A stretch of 64,000 nucleotides of DNA from Promethearchaeota archaeon (GTDB lineage: Archaea > Asgardarchaeota > Lokiarchaeia > Sigyniarchaeales > SOKP01), in contig JAUVXW010000006.1 in NCBI GenBank assembly GCA_030603385.1, positions 1 to 64,000 of the forward strand. Direction: 5' to 3'. Under the pieces are notes generated by a model. The model searched no databases. It had not been told where the DNA came from and saw nothing but the letters and a program-made list of their open reading frames with translations. Both the position numbers and the translations under genes were made by a program. Position 1 is the first letter of the stretch. The number at the start of each line of letters is the position of its first letter. Of the stretch, positions 1 through 8,890 are shown one piece after another.

Positions 1-162
1 AGTTATTTAATGAAAAGTAGTAAAAAGAAAAAAATTGGGTATAAAATCCTTGAAAATAAGCGGAATTTTGTTCAAACCGTTTTAAACGCCTTCGAGTAAA
101 AACTTAAATTCCTTAATCACCTAAAAGGTATTATACCCGAAAATAATATTAATACATTTGAG

Positions 163-621
163 GTGAAAATAATTTATAAAAAAATTTTGTTAGCAACAGA
201 TGGATCTTTTCATGCTAATAATGCTGCTAAGCAAGTAGTTGAATTTCAAAAGATATGGAATAGTAAAGTTTTGATTATTCATTCAATCAAAGATAATAGG
301 ATTCCATCAGAACTTTATCCTGATGCTACAGTTCTATATTCAAAACATACCACTATTGAAGAAGTATACAAAGAAGCGGGAAACAACTTACTAGAAAAGA
401 CAAGGAATATGTTTGGAAAAAACCAGGAATTAGTCGAAACTCGTTTAATTGAGAATGAGGTCCCTGAAGTTTATATTACCCGAATTGCGGAAGAGGAAAA
501 TTTCGATCTTATCGTTATAGGAAGTAGAGGACAACATTCTAAAATAAAAAAGGCCTTATTAGGAACAGTTTCCACTAAGGTTGCTAAAAGGGCTCCGTGT
601 AACGTCTTAATAGTTAAATAA
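163..621 (+). CDS. Universal stress protein (UspA family)
   Basis: N-terminal KKILLATDGS and C-terminal DLIVIGSRG...LLGTVSTKVAKRAPCNVLIVK; GTG start after GAG. Confidence 0.95.
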   Translation: MKIIYKKILLATDGSFHANNAAKQVVEFQKIWNSKVLIIHSIKDNRIPSELYPDATVLYSKHTTIEEVYKEAGNNLLEKTRNMFGKNQELVETRLIENEVPEVYITRIAEEENFDLIVIGSRGQHSKIKKALLGTVSTKVAKRAPCNVLIVK

Positions 622-757
622 ATTATTAATTTTTAGCTTACAATTGTTTTATTTTTTATATTATTATTCAATTCTTAAAGAAATTGGCCCATGTACTTTA
701 CTAATAAGCCTAAAAGGACTAATGTTAATTCTTTTCTTACTCTATTGATTTTTTAAT

Positions 758-1039
758 TTAACTAATATTTTCCATTATTACAATGATTTTAGATGCTAAG
801 CCCCTACCAAGCACTAGTGAAGTTCCTTTCACCATTATCTCGATTGGTCCTCGAAAAGGAGCAGCCTTTTTTTTTACAATTTTAACACCAGGGATAATTC
901 CTAAACAAGCAAGTCTTCTTTTAGCATGAAAACCGGCATTAACTCGTAGTACTTTTAATTTTTCCCCTACAGGACATTCACTTAAATGTCTTAATATAGA
1001 ATTAGATTTAGTAGAATAATCTTTAACTGTTCTGTCCAT
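758..1039 (-). CDS. feoA: Ferrous iron transport protein A (FeoA, SH3-like)
   Basis: RRLACLGIIPG...APFRGPIEIMVKGTSLVLGRGLASKI, the FeoA pattern. Confidence 0.9.
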   Translation of the reverse strand: MDRTVKDYSTKSNSILRHLSECPVGEKLKVLRVNAGFHAKRRLACLGIIPGVKIVKKKAAPFRGPIEIMVKGTSLVLGRGLASKIIVIMENIS

Positions 1040-1110
1040 TATATTACTTCTAAATAAAGTATATTTCTTCTTCTCCTAATATAATATATAATTATTCTTA
1101 TTTAAGATTA

Positions 1111-1124
1111 TTAGTTATACCTAG
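1111..1124. promoter_or_regulatory. Putative DtxR/MntR-type operator upstream of feoA
   Basis: TTAGTTATACCTAG resembles the TTAGG-N4-CCTAA DtxR-family palindrome; ~70 bp upstream of feoA; a DtxR-family gene lies at 1811. Confidence 0.4.
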
Positions 1125-1288
1125 GATAAGAAAGCTTTTCTGTGATTAGATTAAAGTAATTCTTAAATTAAGTTAGCTATTAGATTAAGACTTTTAAAAT
1201 GTATTACTTAAATTGATATATATCAAAATAGAGCATTTAATAAATAGTTGCATTAAAAATAAAGATTTTTTAAATTTATATATTTATA

Positions 1289-1304
1289 ATGAATTATTAT
1301 TCAT
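1289..1304. promoter_or_regulatory. Palindromic operator TGAAT-N4-ATTCA, copy 1
   Basis: ATGAATTATTATTCAT; same motif at 1351, 4131, 7104, 8839. Confidence 0.65.
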
Positions 1305-1350
1305 AAAAATATCAAGTCTAAACGTTATATATGACGAGTAATTAATATTG

Positions 1351-1364
1351 TGAATGATTATTCA
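1351..1364. promoter_or_regulatory. Palindromic operator TGAAT-N4-ATTCA, copy 2
   Basis: TGAATGATTATTCA upstream of the 1433 gene. Confidence 0.6.
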
Positions 1365-1432
1365 ATAAGTTTATATTTGAGTATTTCTTATATTAATCTA
1401 GAAAATAAAATTAAAAGAGGTAAAAAAAAATA

Positions 1433-1765
1433 ATGCCAGGTGGAGATAGAACTGGCCCTAGTGGATTAGGGTCAATGACAGGTAGAGGTTTAGGATATTG
1501 CGCGGGTTATGATATGCCAGGATATACAAGAGGTCTGGGAATGAGTCGAGCAGGGGGGCGAGGAAGAGGTATGGGATATGGTCGAGGCTATGGAATTCCA
1601 ATTTATCCTCAATATGCACAACCAGTCATGCCAATAACCAGTCCAGAAAATCAATTAACTATGCTAAAACAACAAAAAGATTATCTAGCATCAGAGATGA
1701 ATAATATCAAAGGAGCAATAGACGAGATCTCAAAAAAAATTACTGAATTTGAAAAAGAAGATTAA
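1433..1765 (+). CDS. DUF5320-family Gly/Arg-rich protein with C-terminal coiled coil
   Basis: MPGGDRTGP.G.G.MTGRGLGYC N-terminus; GAGGT SD; usual neighbour of NifB/NifX and COG1149 genes. Confidence 0.85.
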   Translation: MPGGDRTGPSGLGSMTGRGLGYCAGYDMPGYTRGLGMSRAGGRGRGMGYGRGYGIPIYPQYAQPVMPITSPENQLTMLKQQKDYLASEMNNIKGAIDEISKKITEFEKED

Positions 1766-1810
1766 TTTTTTTTTTTATATTTTTTTAATTTTAAAGAGGT
1801 TTTTATTCAA

Positions 1811-2197
1811 ATGACTAATATTCATGAAAGTTATGAAGATTATTTAAAAGCAATTTTTTTAATTTCAAAAAATAATAAAGGTGGGTGGATCTCTAACTCG
1901 GAGATTTCAAATTTCTTAAATGTTAAACCATCTTCAGTTACTAATATGCTGTATAATTTAAAAGCGAATGAATTTATAGATTGGAGACCGAGAAAATCTA
2001 TTAGAATAACTAAAAAAGGTAAAGAAATTGCTATTGAGATTATTAAAAACTATAATTCCTTATTCAATTTCTTTTCTCGTGTTTTAAAGTTGAAAAATGA
2101 GATTTTAGTACAGAAATTATCATGTGAAATTGAGCATCACATAAATCCAGAGATATCAAATGCTCTAGAAAATCTCATTCTTGAATCAAATACTTGA
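1811..2197 (+). CDS. DtxR/MntR family metal-dependent transcriptional regulator
   Basis: SYEDYLKAIF...ISNFLNVKPSSVTNML...ITKKG...CEIEHHI. Confidence 0.92.
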   Translation: MTNIHESYEDYLKAIFLISKNNKGGWISNSEISNFLNVKPSSVTNMLYNLKANEFIDWRPRKSIRITKKGKEIAIEIIKNYNSLFNFFSRVLKLKNEILVQKLSCEIEHHINPEISNALENLILESNT

Positions 2198-2237
2198 ATT
2201 TGTGAATGAATGATGGAAAAATTATTCCCTATAAGGA

Positions 2238-2654
2238 TTAATCCTCAATTTTGTATTCTTTGTCAAAAATGCTCATATTCTTGCCCTTCAAAATTAAACT
2301 TCTTTGAACTTCTTCTTGATAAAGTAAACTTCCATTTGTAATCACACATACTGGTTTTTCTGATAGCTCTTTAGCCTTTAATATTAAATCTTTTAAATCT
2401 TTATATAAAGTGGGTTCACCACTGCCTACAAACGTTATATAGTCTATATTATTTTCATTTAATTTAATAGCTTGTTCCATTTCAGCAATTATTTCTTTTT
2501 TAGGATAATAATTTTCTCTAAAATTAGTAAGGTTAGTTGTCCTTCCTAATTGACAATATATACATTGGTAATTACATGTTTTTGAAGGGATTGGATCAAT
2601 TCCTAATGAATATCCTAATCTCCTACTAGGTACAGGACCATATATGTATTTCAT
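2238..2654 (-). pseudogene. Radical SAM protein (COG0731-like), apparently C-terminally truncated
   Basis: YGPVPSRRLGYSLG, CNYQCIYC, GSGEPTL, ITNGSLL present, but the ORF ends at 138 aa (family usually ~300 aa) with no room for the remainder before the dtxR gene. Confidence 0.7.
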
Positions 2655-2662
2655 ATTTTTTT

Positions 2663-3115
2663 TTAAGGATCTTTACTGATATTTTGAAACTTATATTTCT
2701 CAATTGCATGTATTAGCGTTCTAATTGCTAATTCTCCACAATGTTTATGGTCATCTGGTAAACCTCCTAAAGCGTTGTCAATATCTATTGGTTTTAAACT
2801 CTCGGCAAATTCCAATGGTTTTCCTTCTATCATCATTGTTGTTTGACTACCTGCTGCTACTGTCGCTCCGCAACCATCAGTTATAAAATTAGCTTTTTCA
2901 ATTATATCATTCTCAATTTTTAAAAAAAAATGCATTGTATCACCACAAGGTCCCTCGTATGCATGCCACACACTTATTTCATGACTTTTTGGTTTACCCC
3001 AGTTTTTTGGATTTTGAAGCAACTCAACAATATATTCATTGTATCTCTTAACTGCTTCTTCATTTATTTCTTTCTGAAGTTCCTCTACCCATTTATCTAA
3101 ATCATCTAATGGCAT
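2663..3115 (-). CDS. IscU/NifU N-terminal-type Fe-S scaffold protein
   Basis: Three conserved Cys: GPCGD, DGCGA, KHC; LGGLP motif. Confidence 0.9.
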   Translation of the reverse strand: MPLDDLDKWVEELQKEINEEAVKRYNEYIVELLQNPKNWGKPKSHEISVWHAYEGPCGDTMHFFLKIENDIIEKANFITDGCGATVAAGSQTTMMIEGKPLEFAESLKPIDIDNALGGLPDDHKHCGELAIRTLIHAIEKYKFQNISKDP

Positions 3116-3143
3116 TTTAATGATATTTGCTACTTTATGAGAT

Positions 3144-4025
3144 TTATTTTTCTAATATCATTTGAATTTTATTTACAATTTCTTTAAATGCTTTGGCACT
3201 ATCATTATTGGCGTTCTTTATAACAAATGGTAAGCCCTTATCACCCTGAATCCCTATTTCCAATTCAAAAGGGATTTTCCCTAATAGGCTTATATTAAAA
3301 TCTTCAGCTGCTTTTTCAACACCTCCAGGAGGATAAAGATCAATATATTTTCCGCAATGAGGACATTTAAATCCTGACATATTTTCTATAATTCCTAATA
3401 TTTTTCTCTCCATAATTTGAGCCATCTTTATAGTTTTTCTAGCATCCATCAATGCAACCTCTTGTGGGGTGGACACAACAATGATAGTCTCTTCAGGTAT
3501 AAGCTGCAAAATGTCTAAAGTCTCATCTGATGTTCCAGGGGGTAAATCACAAATTAAATAATCTAAGTCACCCCATATTGCTTCCCCTAAAAATTGTCTT
3601 ACTGCACTCATTTTCATTGGTCCTCTCCAGATAACTGGTGAATCTGAGTTCTCGATGAGAAAGGCCATGCTCATCACTTTCATATTTAAGGGACCATTCA
3701 CAGGATAGAATCTCTTAGCCTTAGCATCAACCCTTGGTTTGAGCTCTGGGGCAATTCCCAACATTTTTAGCACATTTGGACCTGTAATATCTACATCGAG
3801 AATTCCCACTCTTAATCCTATACTGGCTAAACTCATTGCAAGATTTACTGCTACTGTAGTTTTTCCAACTCCACCTTTACCCGATATGATTACTATTTTA
3901 TGTTTGATTTTTTCCATGTTTTTATTAATATATTCCATTAAGGTATCTAATTTTTCTTGCTTCCCTTCCTTGATGGTTTCTTTTAAATTTATATCTGGAA
4001 CTTCCTTTTCTTGAATATACATCAA
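3144..4025 (-). CDS. Mrp/NBP35 (ApbC) Fe-S carrier ATPase
   Basis: SGKGGVGKTT, VIWRGPM, DLPPGTSD, ENMS.F.CPHC. Confidence 0.95.
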   Translation of the reverse strand: MMYIQEKEVPDINLKETIKEGKQEKLDTLMEYINKNMEKIKHKIVIISGKGGVGKTTVAVNLAMSLASIGLRVGILDVDITGPNVLKMLGIAPELKPRVDAKAKRFYPVNGPLNMKVMSMAFLIENSDSPVIWRGPMKMSAVRQFLGEAIWGDLDYLICDLPPGTSDETLDILQLIPEETIIVVSTPQEVALMDARKTIKMAQIMERKILGIIENMSGFKCPHCGKYIDLYPPGGVEKAAEDFNISLLGKIPFELEIGIQGDKGLPFVIKNANNDSAKAFKEIVNKIQMILEK

Positions 4026-4125
4026 CCTCTTTTTCTTTGAATATTTTAATTAATTAATTCAATTATATTAACTATTGACTACTGAATTAGAATAAGTTAA
4101 ATTTATAAAACATCGAATGTTTTTT

Positions 4126-4149
4126 AATTATGAATAAATATTCATAATT
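4126..4149. promoter_or_regulatory. Palindromic operator TGAAT-N4-ATTCA, copy 3 (extended)
   Basis: AATTATGAATA-AA-TATTCATAATT, perfect 11-bp arms, in the divergent mrp/nifX-like intergenic region. Confidence 0.75.
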
Positions 4150-4190
4150 TAAAAAAGTTACTAAAATTATAATAAATAAAAAAGGTTGAA

Positions 4191-4655
4191 TTGATAATGG
4201 TTGTTATAGCAATTCCTTCAATAGGAAAAGGGGGTTTGAACGATGATATGAGCCCTCGTTTTGGAAGATGTGCCAGTTTTACATTTGTTGAATTAGAGGA
4301 TAAAGAAATTAAGGCAGTTAAAACTGTTCCAAATCATGCTGCTGATGCTATGGGTGGAGCTGGTGTGCAAGCAACGCAAATAATTGGCAATAATAATGCT
4401 GAAGTAGTAATTGTCGGATTTTTAGGTCCGAATGCTTCTAATGGACTTAATGCTTTAAATATAAAGATTCTTCAAGCCCAAAATAAAAAGATGACAATAA
4501 ATGAAGTGGTGAATCTGTATATAGAAGATAAGTTGCAGGGATTAAGTTCTGCAAATGTAGGACCTCACCATGGTATGGGGGGTGGTCGTGGTATGGGCGG
4601 TGGTCGTGGTATGGGCGGCGGAAGTGGCATGGGTGGCGGAAATCGAGGTAGATGA
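4191..4655 (+). CDS. NifB/NifX-family (FeMo-co binding domain) protein with Gly-rich tail
   Basis: SPRFGRC..F, GAG...Q, GPNA; tail of GMGGGR repeats; real start may be ATG at 4197. Confidence 0.9.
   Translation: MIMVVIAIPSIGKGGLNDDMSPRFGRCASFTFVELEDKEIKAVKTVPNHAADAMGGAGVQATQIIGNNNAEVVIVGFLGPNASNGLNALNIKILQAQNKKMTINEVVNLYIEDKLQGLSSANVGPHHGMGGGRGMGGGRGMGGGSGMGGGNRGR
4572..4643 (+). repeat. 18-bp coding tandem repeat x4 (GMGGGR/S/N)
   Basis: ggtatggggggtggtcgt / ggtatgggcggtggtcgt / ggtatgggcggcggaagt / ggcatgggtggcggaaat. Confidence 0.85.
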
Positions 4656-4703
4656 GTTAATTCTTAAGAAAACTATGATTTATATCGGAAAGATTAAAGT
4701 TTT

Positions 4704-5627
4704 ATGACTGGTATTAAGCCTAAGACAATTTGTATTACTGGGGGTAAAGGAGGTACAGGGAAAACATTATGCGCTGTTAATATCGCAGTCATGTTTAAAA
4801 ATGAAGGATATAATGTACTCCTTATAGATGGGGATGTAGAGAACCCTAATACATACCTTTTATTAAATGGTGAACTTGAAAATAAAAGGGAAGTCCCTTT
4901 TTTCATGCCTAAAATTGATGAAGATAAATGTTCTCGATGTGGAATTTGTGCTCAAAATTGTACAAATCACGCTTTATTATATATTGATGATTCAATTCCG
5001 ATCTTAATGTCATCTCTTTGTTCTGGATGCAAATTATGTTATAAGATATGTCCAGAAAAAGCGATTGAAGCAGATTTCAAAACACTTGGTTGGCTATATT
5101 CCACTGAAATTCTTGGGCTTACACTCTTCGTCGGAGAATTAAAACCTGCAGAAGCTCGGTCAGCTGGAATTGTAGAAGCGCTTCTTGAAAATCTTGAAAA
5201 TATCATAAAAAATGAACCAAATAAGTTCGATGTTATCATTTTAGATACCGCTCCAGGAGCACATTGTGATGTAGAACTTTTAATTGAAATGGCAGATGTA
5301 AGTATTCCTATTACAGAACCTACAAGATTTGGCAAATTAGATTTAAAGAGAATAATGGAATTGATAAATTTATTGGAGAAAGATTGCAAGGTAATAGTAA
5401 ATAGATCATCATTATTGGGTTTTAGAGATCAATTTTTAGACGAATTACAAGAAGAAAACATTGAAATTTTAGGTGATATCCCAATGGACGCAGATATTGT
5501 GGATTCTTATTGTCAGGGAACACCAATTATGGATAATAATAGTGGCTATGATAATAATGGCGCAGGATTCATAGCTTTCACTAATATTTATGAAAATTTG
5601 AAAAAGTGGATAAATTTAAATGAATAA
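4704..5627 (+). CDS. MinD-superfamily P-loop ATPase with inserted ferredoxin domain (COG1149)
   Basis: GGKGGTGKT, DGDVENPN, two CxxCxxCxxxC motifs, TEPT.FG. Confidence 0.92.
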   Translation: MTGIKPKTICITGGKGGTGKTLCAVNIAVMFKNEGYNVLLIDGDVENPNTYLLLNGELENKREVPFFMPKIDEDKCSRCGICAQNCTNHALLYIDDSIPILMSSLCSGCKLCYKICPEKAIEADFKTLGWLYSTEILGLTLFVGELKPAEARSAGIVEALLENLENIIKNEPNKFDVIILDTAPGAHCDVELLIEMADVSIPITEPTRFGKLDLKRIMELINLLEKDCKVIVNRSSLLGFRDQFLDELQEENIEILGDIPMDADIVDSYCQGTPIMDNNSGYDNNGAGFIAFTNIYENLKKWINLNE

Positions 5628-5649
5628 TTGATAAAAGGGACGTAAACTG

Positions 5650-6576
5650 ATGGAAAGGAAAATAGTTGGGGTTGTTTCTGGAAAAGGCGGTGTGGGTAAA
5701 ACCTCAATTACAGCTTCTTTAGCAAGTCTCGCTAAAAAAGATTCAATGATGAAAGTTATTGTATCAGATTGTGATGTTGATGCTCCTAACTTAGCAATTA
5801 TTCTTCCTCCTGATGAGGAATCAAAAATAGATATTAAGGATACTTTTACTACGCTAAAATCAGAATTTTTAGAAGATCTTTGCAATAATTGCAGGCAATG
5901 TGTTGACGACCATTTCTGTGAATTCAATGCTTTACACTGGGATAGTCAAAATTCAATACCTAAAATTGATTTTTTGAAATGTGAGGGGTGTGGAGCTTGT
6001 AAAGTTTTGTGTCCTACGCATGCTTTTAAAATAGTTGCTGTAAAAAGTGGTGAAATTATATCTTATAGGAGCAAAATGGGATTTCCGTTAACATATGGAA
6101 AAACCCAATTAGGAAGCACTACATCCGGAAAACTAGTCTCAGAATCTAAAGAACATGTAAAAAATTTAAAAGAATATAATGAAAGTAATTTAATATTTAT
6201 AGATGGTCCTCCGGGAATTGGGTGTCCCGTAATTGCAACTCTTTCGAATTTAGATTATGTTATTACTGTATGTGAGCCTACACCTTCTGCATTACATGAT
6301 TTATTGAGAGTAATCGAAGTTATTCATCAATTTAATATTCCATTTGGAATTCTAATAAATAAATCAGATTTACAGAGTTCCTTTCAAAACACTTTTAGTA
6401 AATACATGAGTGATACAAATTATGAAATTTTAGGAAAAATCCCCTTTGATTTATCAATCCCAAAAGCTATGTCTTTTGCCAAACCTGTAGTACAATATGC
6501 ACCAGATTCAAAAGCGAGTCTGGCTATTAAAGAAATTTATACAAATTTAAAAAGAACATTATGGGATCAAAATTAA
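5650..6576 (+). CDS. MinD-superfamily P-loop ATPase with inserted ferredoxin domain (COG1149), second paralog
   Basis: SGKGGVGKTS, DCDVDAPNL, CEGCGACKVLCP, DGPPGIGCPV, EPTPS. Confidence 0.92.
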   Translation: MERKIVGVVSGKGGVGKTSITASLASLAKKDSMMKVIVSDCDVDAPNLAIILPPDEESKIDIKDTFTTLKSEFLEDLCNNCRQCVDDHFCEFNALHWDSQNSIPKIDFLKCEGCGACKVLCPTHAFKIVAVKSGEIISYRSKMGFPLTYGKTQLGSTTSGKLVSESKEHVKNLKEYNESNLIFIDGPPGIGCPVIATLSNLDYVITVCEPTPSALHDLLRVIEVIHQFNIPFGILINKSDLQSSFQNTFSKYMSDTNYEILGKIPFDLSIPKAMSFAKPVVQYAPDSKASLAIKEIYTNLKRTLWDQN

Positions 6577-6578
6577 GT

Positions 6579-6995
6579 TTAAATTAGTTCTCTAACAAGA
6601 AAGTAAACATTTTTAGAATTACATATGACACAATTAACTTTTCTATCTTTTGAAGCATTAGCATCGTCCCATTCATGCTTACAATCTACACATTCATAAC
6701 CCACGAACTTTGGTTTAACATCAAAATTACCTCCATATACATTAATCGCTTTCCCCTCAAGCAAGGCTAACGTATTTTTTCGATGAGCACTTTCAAGAAT
6801 CCTAGAAAATGTAGGTTGACTAACTCCCATTTTTTCAGCAGCTACTTTCTGATTTAAACCTATATAATGTTTAAGTCGCATAGCTTCAAATTCAGCAATA
6901 GTAAGTGTTATGGAATCTTCAGTTGGAGGCTCCCTGGAAAAATAAAGATTATTAGGTGTTTGAGTAACCCATCTTCGATGTCTTCTTCTTCCTAT
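6579..6995 (-). CDS. DUF134 HTH protein with C-terminal Zn ribbon; probable ATA start
   Basis: Frame extends 38 codons upstream of the tracked ATG (6881): (M)GRRRHRRWV...LTIAEFEAMRL; AAEKMGVSQPTFSRIL HTH; CVDC...CVIC; GGTGA SD 6 nt before ATA; in-frame TGA just upstream. Confidence 0.85.
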   Translation of the reverse strand: MGRRRHRRWVTQTPNNLYFSREPPTEDSITLTIAEFEAMRLKHYIGLNQKVAAEKMGVSQPTFSRILESAHRKNTLALLEGKAINVYGGNFDVKPKFVGYECVDCKHEWDDANASKDRKVNCVICNSKNVYFLVRELI

Positions 6996-7103
6996 AGTGA
7001 ATCACCAAAAAAATTATAATCTTTATATTTTTATAAGTTTAATTGATAAATACTTTAACCTTATTTATTATTGAGAGTTATATCTATATTATCGATATAT
7101 TTT

Positions 7104-7117
7104 TGAATAATTATTCA
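7104..7117. promoter_or_regulatory. Palindromic operator TGAAT-N4-ATTCA, copy 4
   Basis: Perfect 14-bp palindrome TGAATAATTATTCA between the divergent DUF134 and nifX-like genes. Confidence 0.75.
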
Positions 7118-7171
7118 TTAGATTTAAATATAAATATTGAATAATTGAATTAAAAAACAAGTTGGTTAAAA

Positions 7172-7579
7172 GTGAAAATATGTATTAGTTCGGATTCAGG
7201 AATTGTTTCAGCACACTTTGGTCGAGCTCCAGAATTTACTTTTATCACAATTGAAAACAATGAAGTAGTAGAGAAAGAATTACTTAAAAATCCAGGACAT
7301 ACTGTCGGAAGTATACCCAAATTTGTGAGTGATCAAGGAGCGAAATGTATGATTGCGGGAGGTATGGGCCCCAGAGCTGTAGATTTTTTTAATCAATATG
7401 GAATTGAAGTTATTATGGGGATTAGTGGTAAAATCGATGATGTTGTTAGAGAAATGTTGGATGGTACTTTAGAGGGTGGAGAAAGTCTTTGTTCTCCAGG
7501 AGGAGGTAAAGGTTACGGAGTCGACAAGATACATACTGAAGCTGATGATGATCATGAGCACCATCATCATCATGAGTAA
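7172..7579 (+). CDS. NifB/NifX-family protein with His-rich C-terminus
   Basis: VSAHFGRAPEF, NPGH, AGGMGPRA; tail DDDHEHHHHHE. Confidence 0.9.
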   Translation: MKICISSDSGIVSAHFGRAPEFTFITIENNEVVEKELLKNPGHTVGSIPKFVSDQGAKCMIAGGMGPRAVDFFNQYGIEVIMGISGKIDDVVREMLDGTLEGGESLCSPGGGKGYGVDKIHTEADDDHEHHHHHE

Positions 7580-7600
7580 TATTTAATATGAAATATGAAG

Positions 7601-7804
7601 TTAAAGATCTAGCTTAATTTCACCATTAGGTAGCATATTATCGGGGTGATACTCTCCGGTTTCTTCCATTTGATATCTAACACAATTCTTATTTTCTACT
7701 AAACAATAATCTTCAACCCATTTTTGGTCCAGCTTGCCTTGGTCAACAAAATATTTAATAGGGCAAACTGGATACCATTTACATATTTTATTTTTAGGTT
7801 TCAT
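7601..7804 (-). CDS. Small conserved Cys-rich protein
   Basis: CKWYPVCP...YC...CVRY...HPDNMLPNG; four Cys suggest metal binding. Confidence 0.75.
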   Translation of the reverse strand: MKPKNKICKWYPVCPIKYFVDQGKLDQKWVEDYCLVENKNCVRYQMEETGEYHPDNMLPNGEIKLDL

Positions 7805-7875
7805 TTAGTTTGTAGCTTAAATTAATCTATTTATGATTTAGAAAAAAAAGAAAAATAAAAACAATTTAAAATAAA

Positions 7876-8385
7876 TTACTTTCTAATTTGTACTTTAGGT
7901 GTAATTGGGGATGCTCCACCAAAATTAGTAATCACAGGACAATGCTTAAAAACTTTATCCATTAATTCATTAATTTTTTCTTCTGGTGCATCTGCTTTAA
8001 TCCTTATGACAGGTTCAAGTTTATCATAACCCGCAAGTTTAGTATCGTCAATTCCAAAAAGAGCCCCTAAATTAATATGACCACGTGAAAAAACTTTCAT
8101 TTCTTCGATTTTGATATCCATAATCTTAGCCCAAAATTTTGTAACCGCAATAATACAAGCACCAATAGAAGATAAAATTACTAATAATGGTGATGGTCCT
8201 TTATTTGATCCATCTAATCCCCCAGGGGCATCTATGAGTAATTCAAAAGGATCTCCTGCAGGATTACCCATTGTACATTTAACTTGCATACCCTCTGGCA
8301 ACATTTCGCATTCAATATTAAAGTTCTTTTCCCCCGCATTCCAATCTGCCTTGATGGCATCATAGGTTTCTTTAAAACTTGGCAT
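7876..8385 (-). CDS. OsmC/Ohr-family protein
   Basis: D.P..L.G.N.GPSP...GAC and HCPV motifs. Confidence 0.85.
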   Translation of the reverse strand: MPSFKETYDAIKADWNAGEKNFNIECEMLPEGMQVKCTMGNPAGDPFELLIDAPGGLDGSNKGPSPLLVILSSIGACIIAVTKFWAKIMDIKIEEMKVFSRGHINLGALFGIDDTKLAGYDKLEPVIRIKADAPEEKINELMDKVFKHCPVITNFGGASPITPKVQIRK

Positions 8386-8419
8386 ATAACTTCATCCTTT
8401 TTTATTTATAACAATTTTT

Positions 8420-8809
8420 TTAATGAGTGTGAGCATTTCCAGAGTGATCTCCACAACTAGCGTCATTTAATAACTTTAATTGACCATTGATTAACATCTT
8501 TAAATTTTTTTCAATACTCCCGTTTACCCCTTGAAATAAACTTATCTGGACTTGCTGAAAACCCATAAATGGACGCATTCCAATTCCTGTCAGAATCATA
8601 TCTGTTACATTTCTTTGTTTCATGTTCATAACCGGTTCCATGCAGCTAGAATGCCCGCCATTAGGTAATGCAAAAACTTTCCTAAACTTACCATCATCAT
8701 AGATTTCAATTCCAACAAAATAGTTACAATGTCCAAAATGAGGTGATATGTTATCAGAAGTCTCAGGGCCATCAGAAGGAATTCCAATTATTCTTTTCAT
8801 ATTTCTCAC
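8420..8809 (-). CDS. NifB/NifX-family protein
   Basis: ISPHFGHCNYF, N.GH..C, GIGMRP; His/Cys tail. Confidence 0.85.
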   Translation of the reverse strand: MRNMKRIIGIPSDGPETSDNISPHFGHCNYFVGIEIYDDGKFRKVFALPNGGHSSCMEPVMNMKQRNVTDMILTGIGMRPFMGFQQVQISLFQGVNGSIEKNLKMLINGQLKLLNDASCGDHSGNAHTH

Positions 8810-8838
8810 ACATATTCTTATTCTTGTTTTATGATTTG

Positions 8839-8852
8839 TGAATAATTATTCT
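8839..8852. promoter_or_regulatory. Palindromic operator TGAAT-N4-ATTCA, copy 5 (one mismatch)
   Basis: TGAATAATTATTCT ~30 bp upstream of the 8809 start. Confidence 0.6.
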
Positions 8853-8890
8853 TAAAACTTAAATTTAATTATTAATAATAATAATACTTT

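Noticed and set aside
2200-2310. A second intron explaining the truncated radical SAM gene
   Set aside because: An AATTTTG/CAAAATT stem exists, but there is no bulge-helix-bulge geometry and no downstream exon; the dtxR gene occupies the space.
4191-8809. Nitrogen fixation inferred from NifB/NifX- and NifU-like genes
   Set aside because: No nifH/D/K in the window; these stand-alone domains are common in non-diazotrophic anaerobes.
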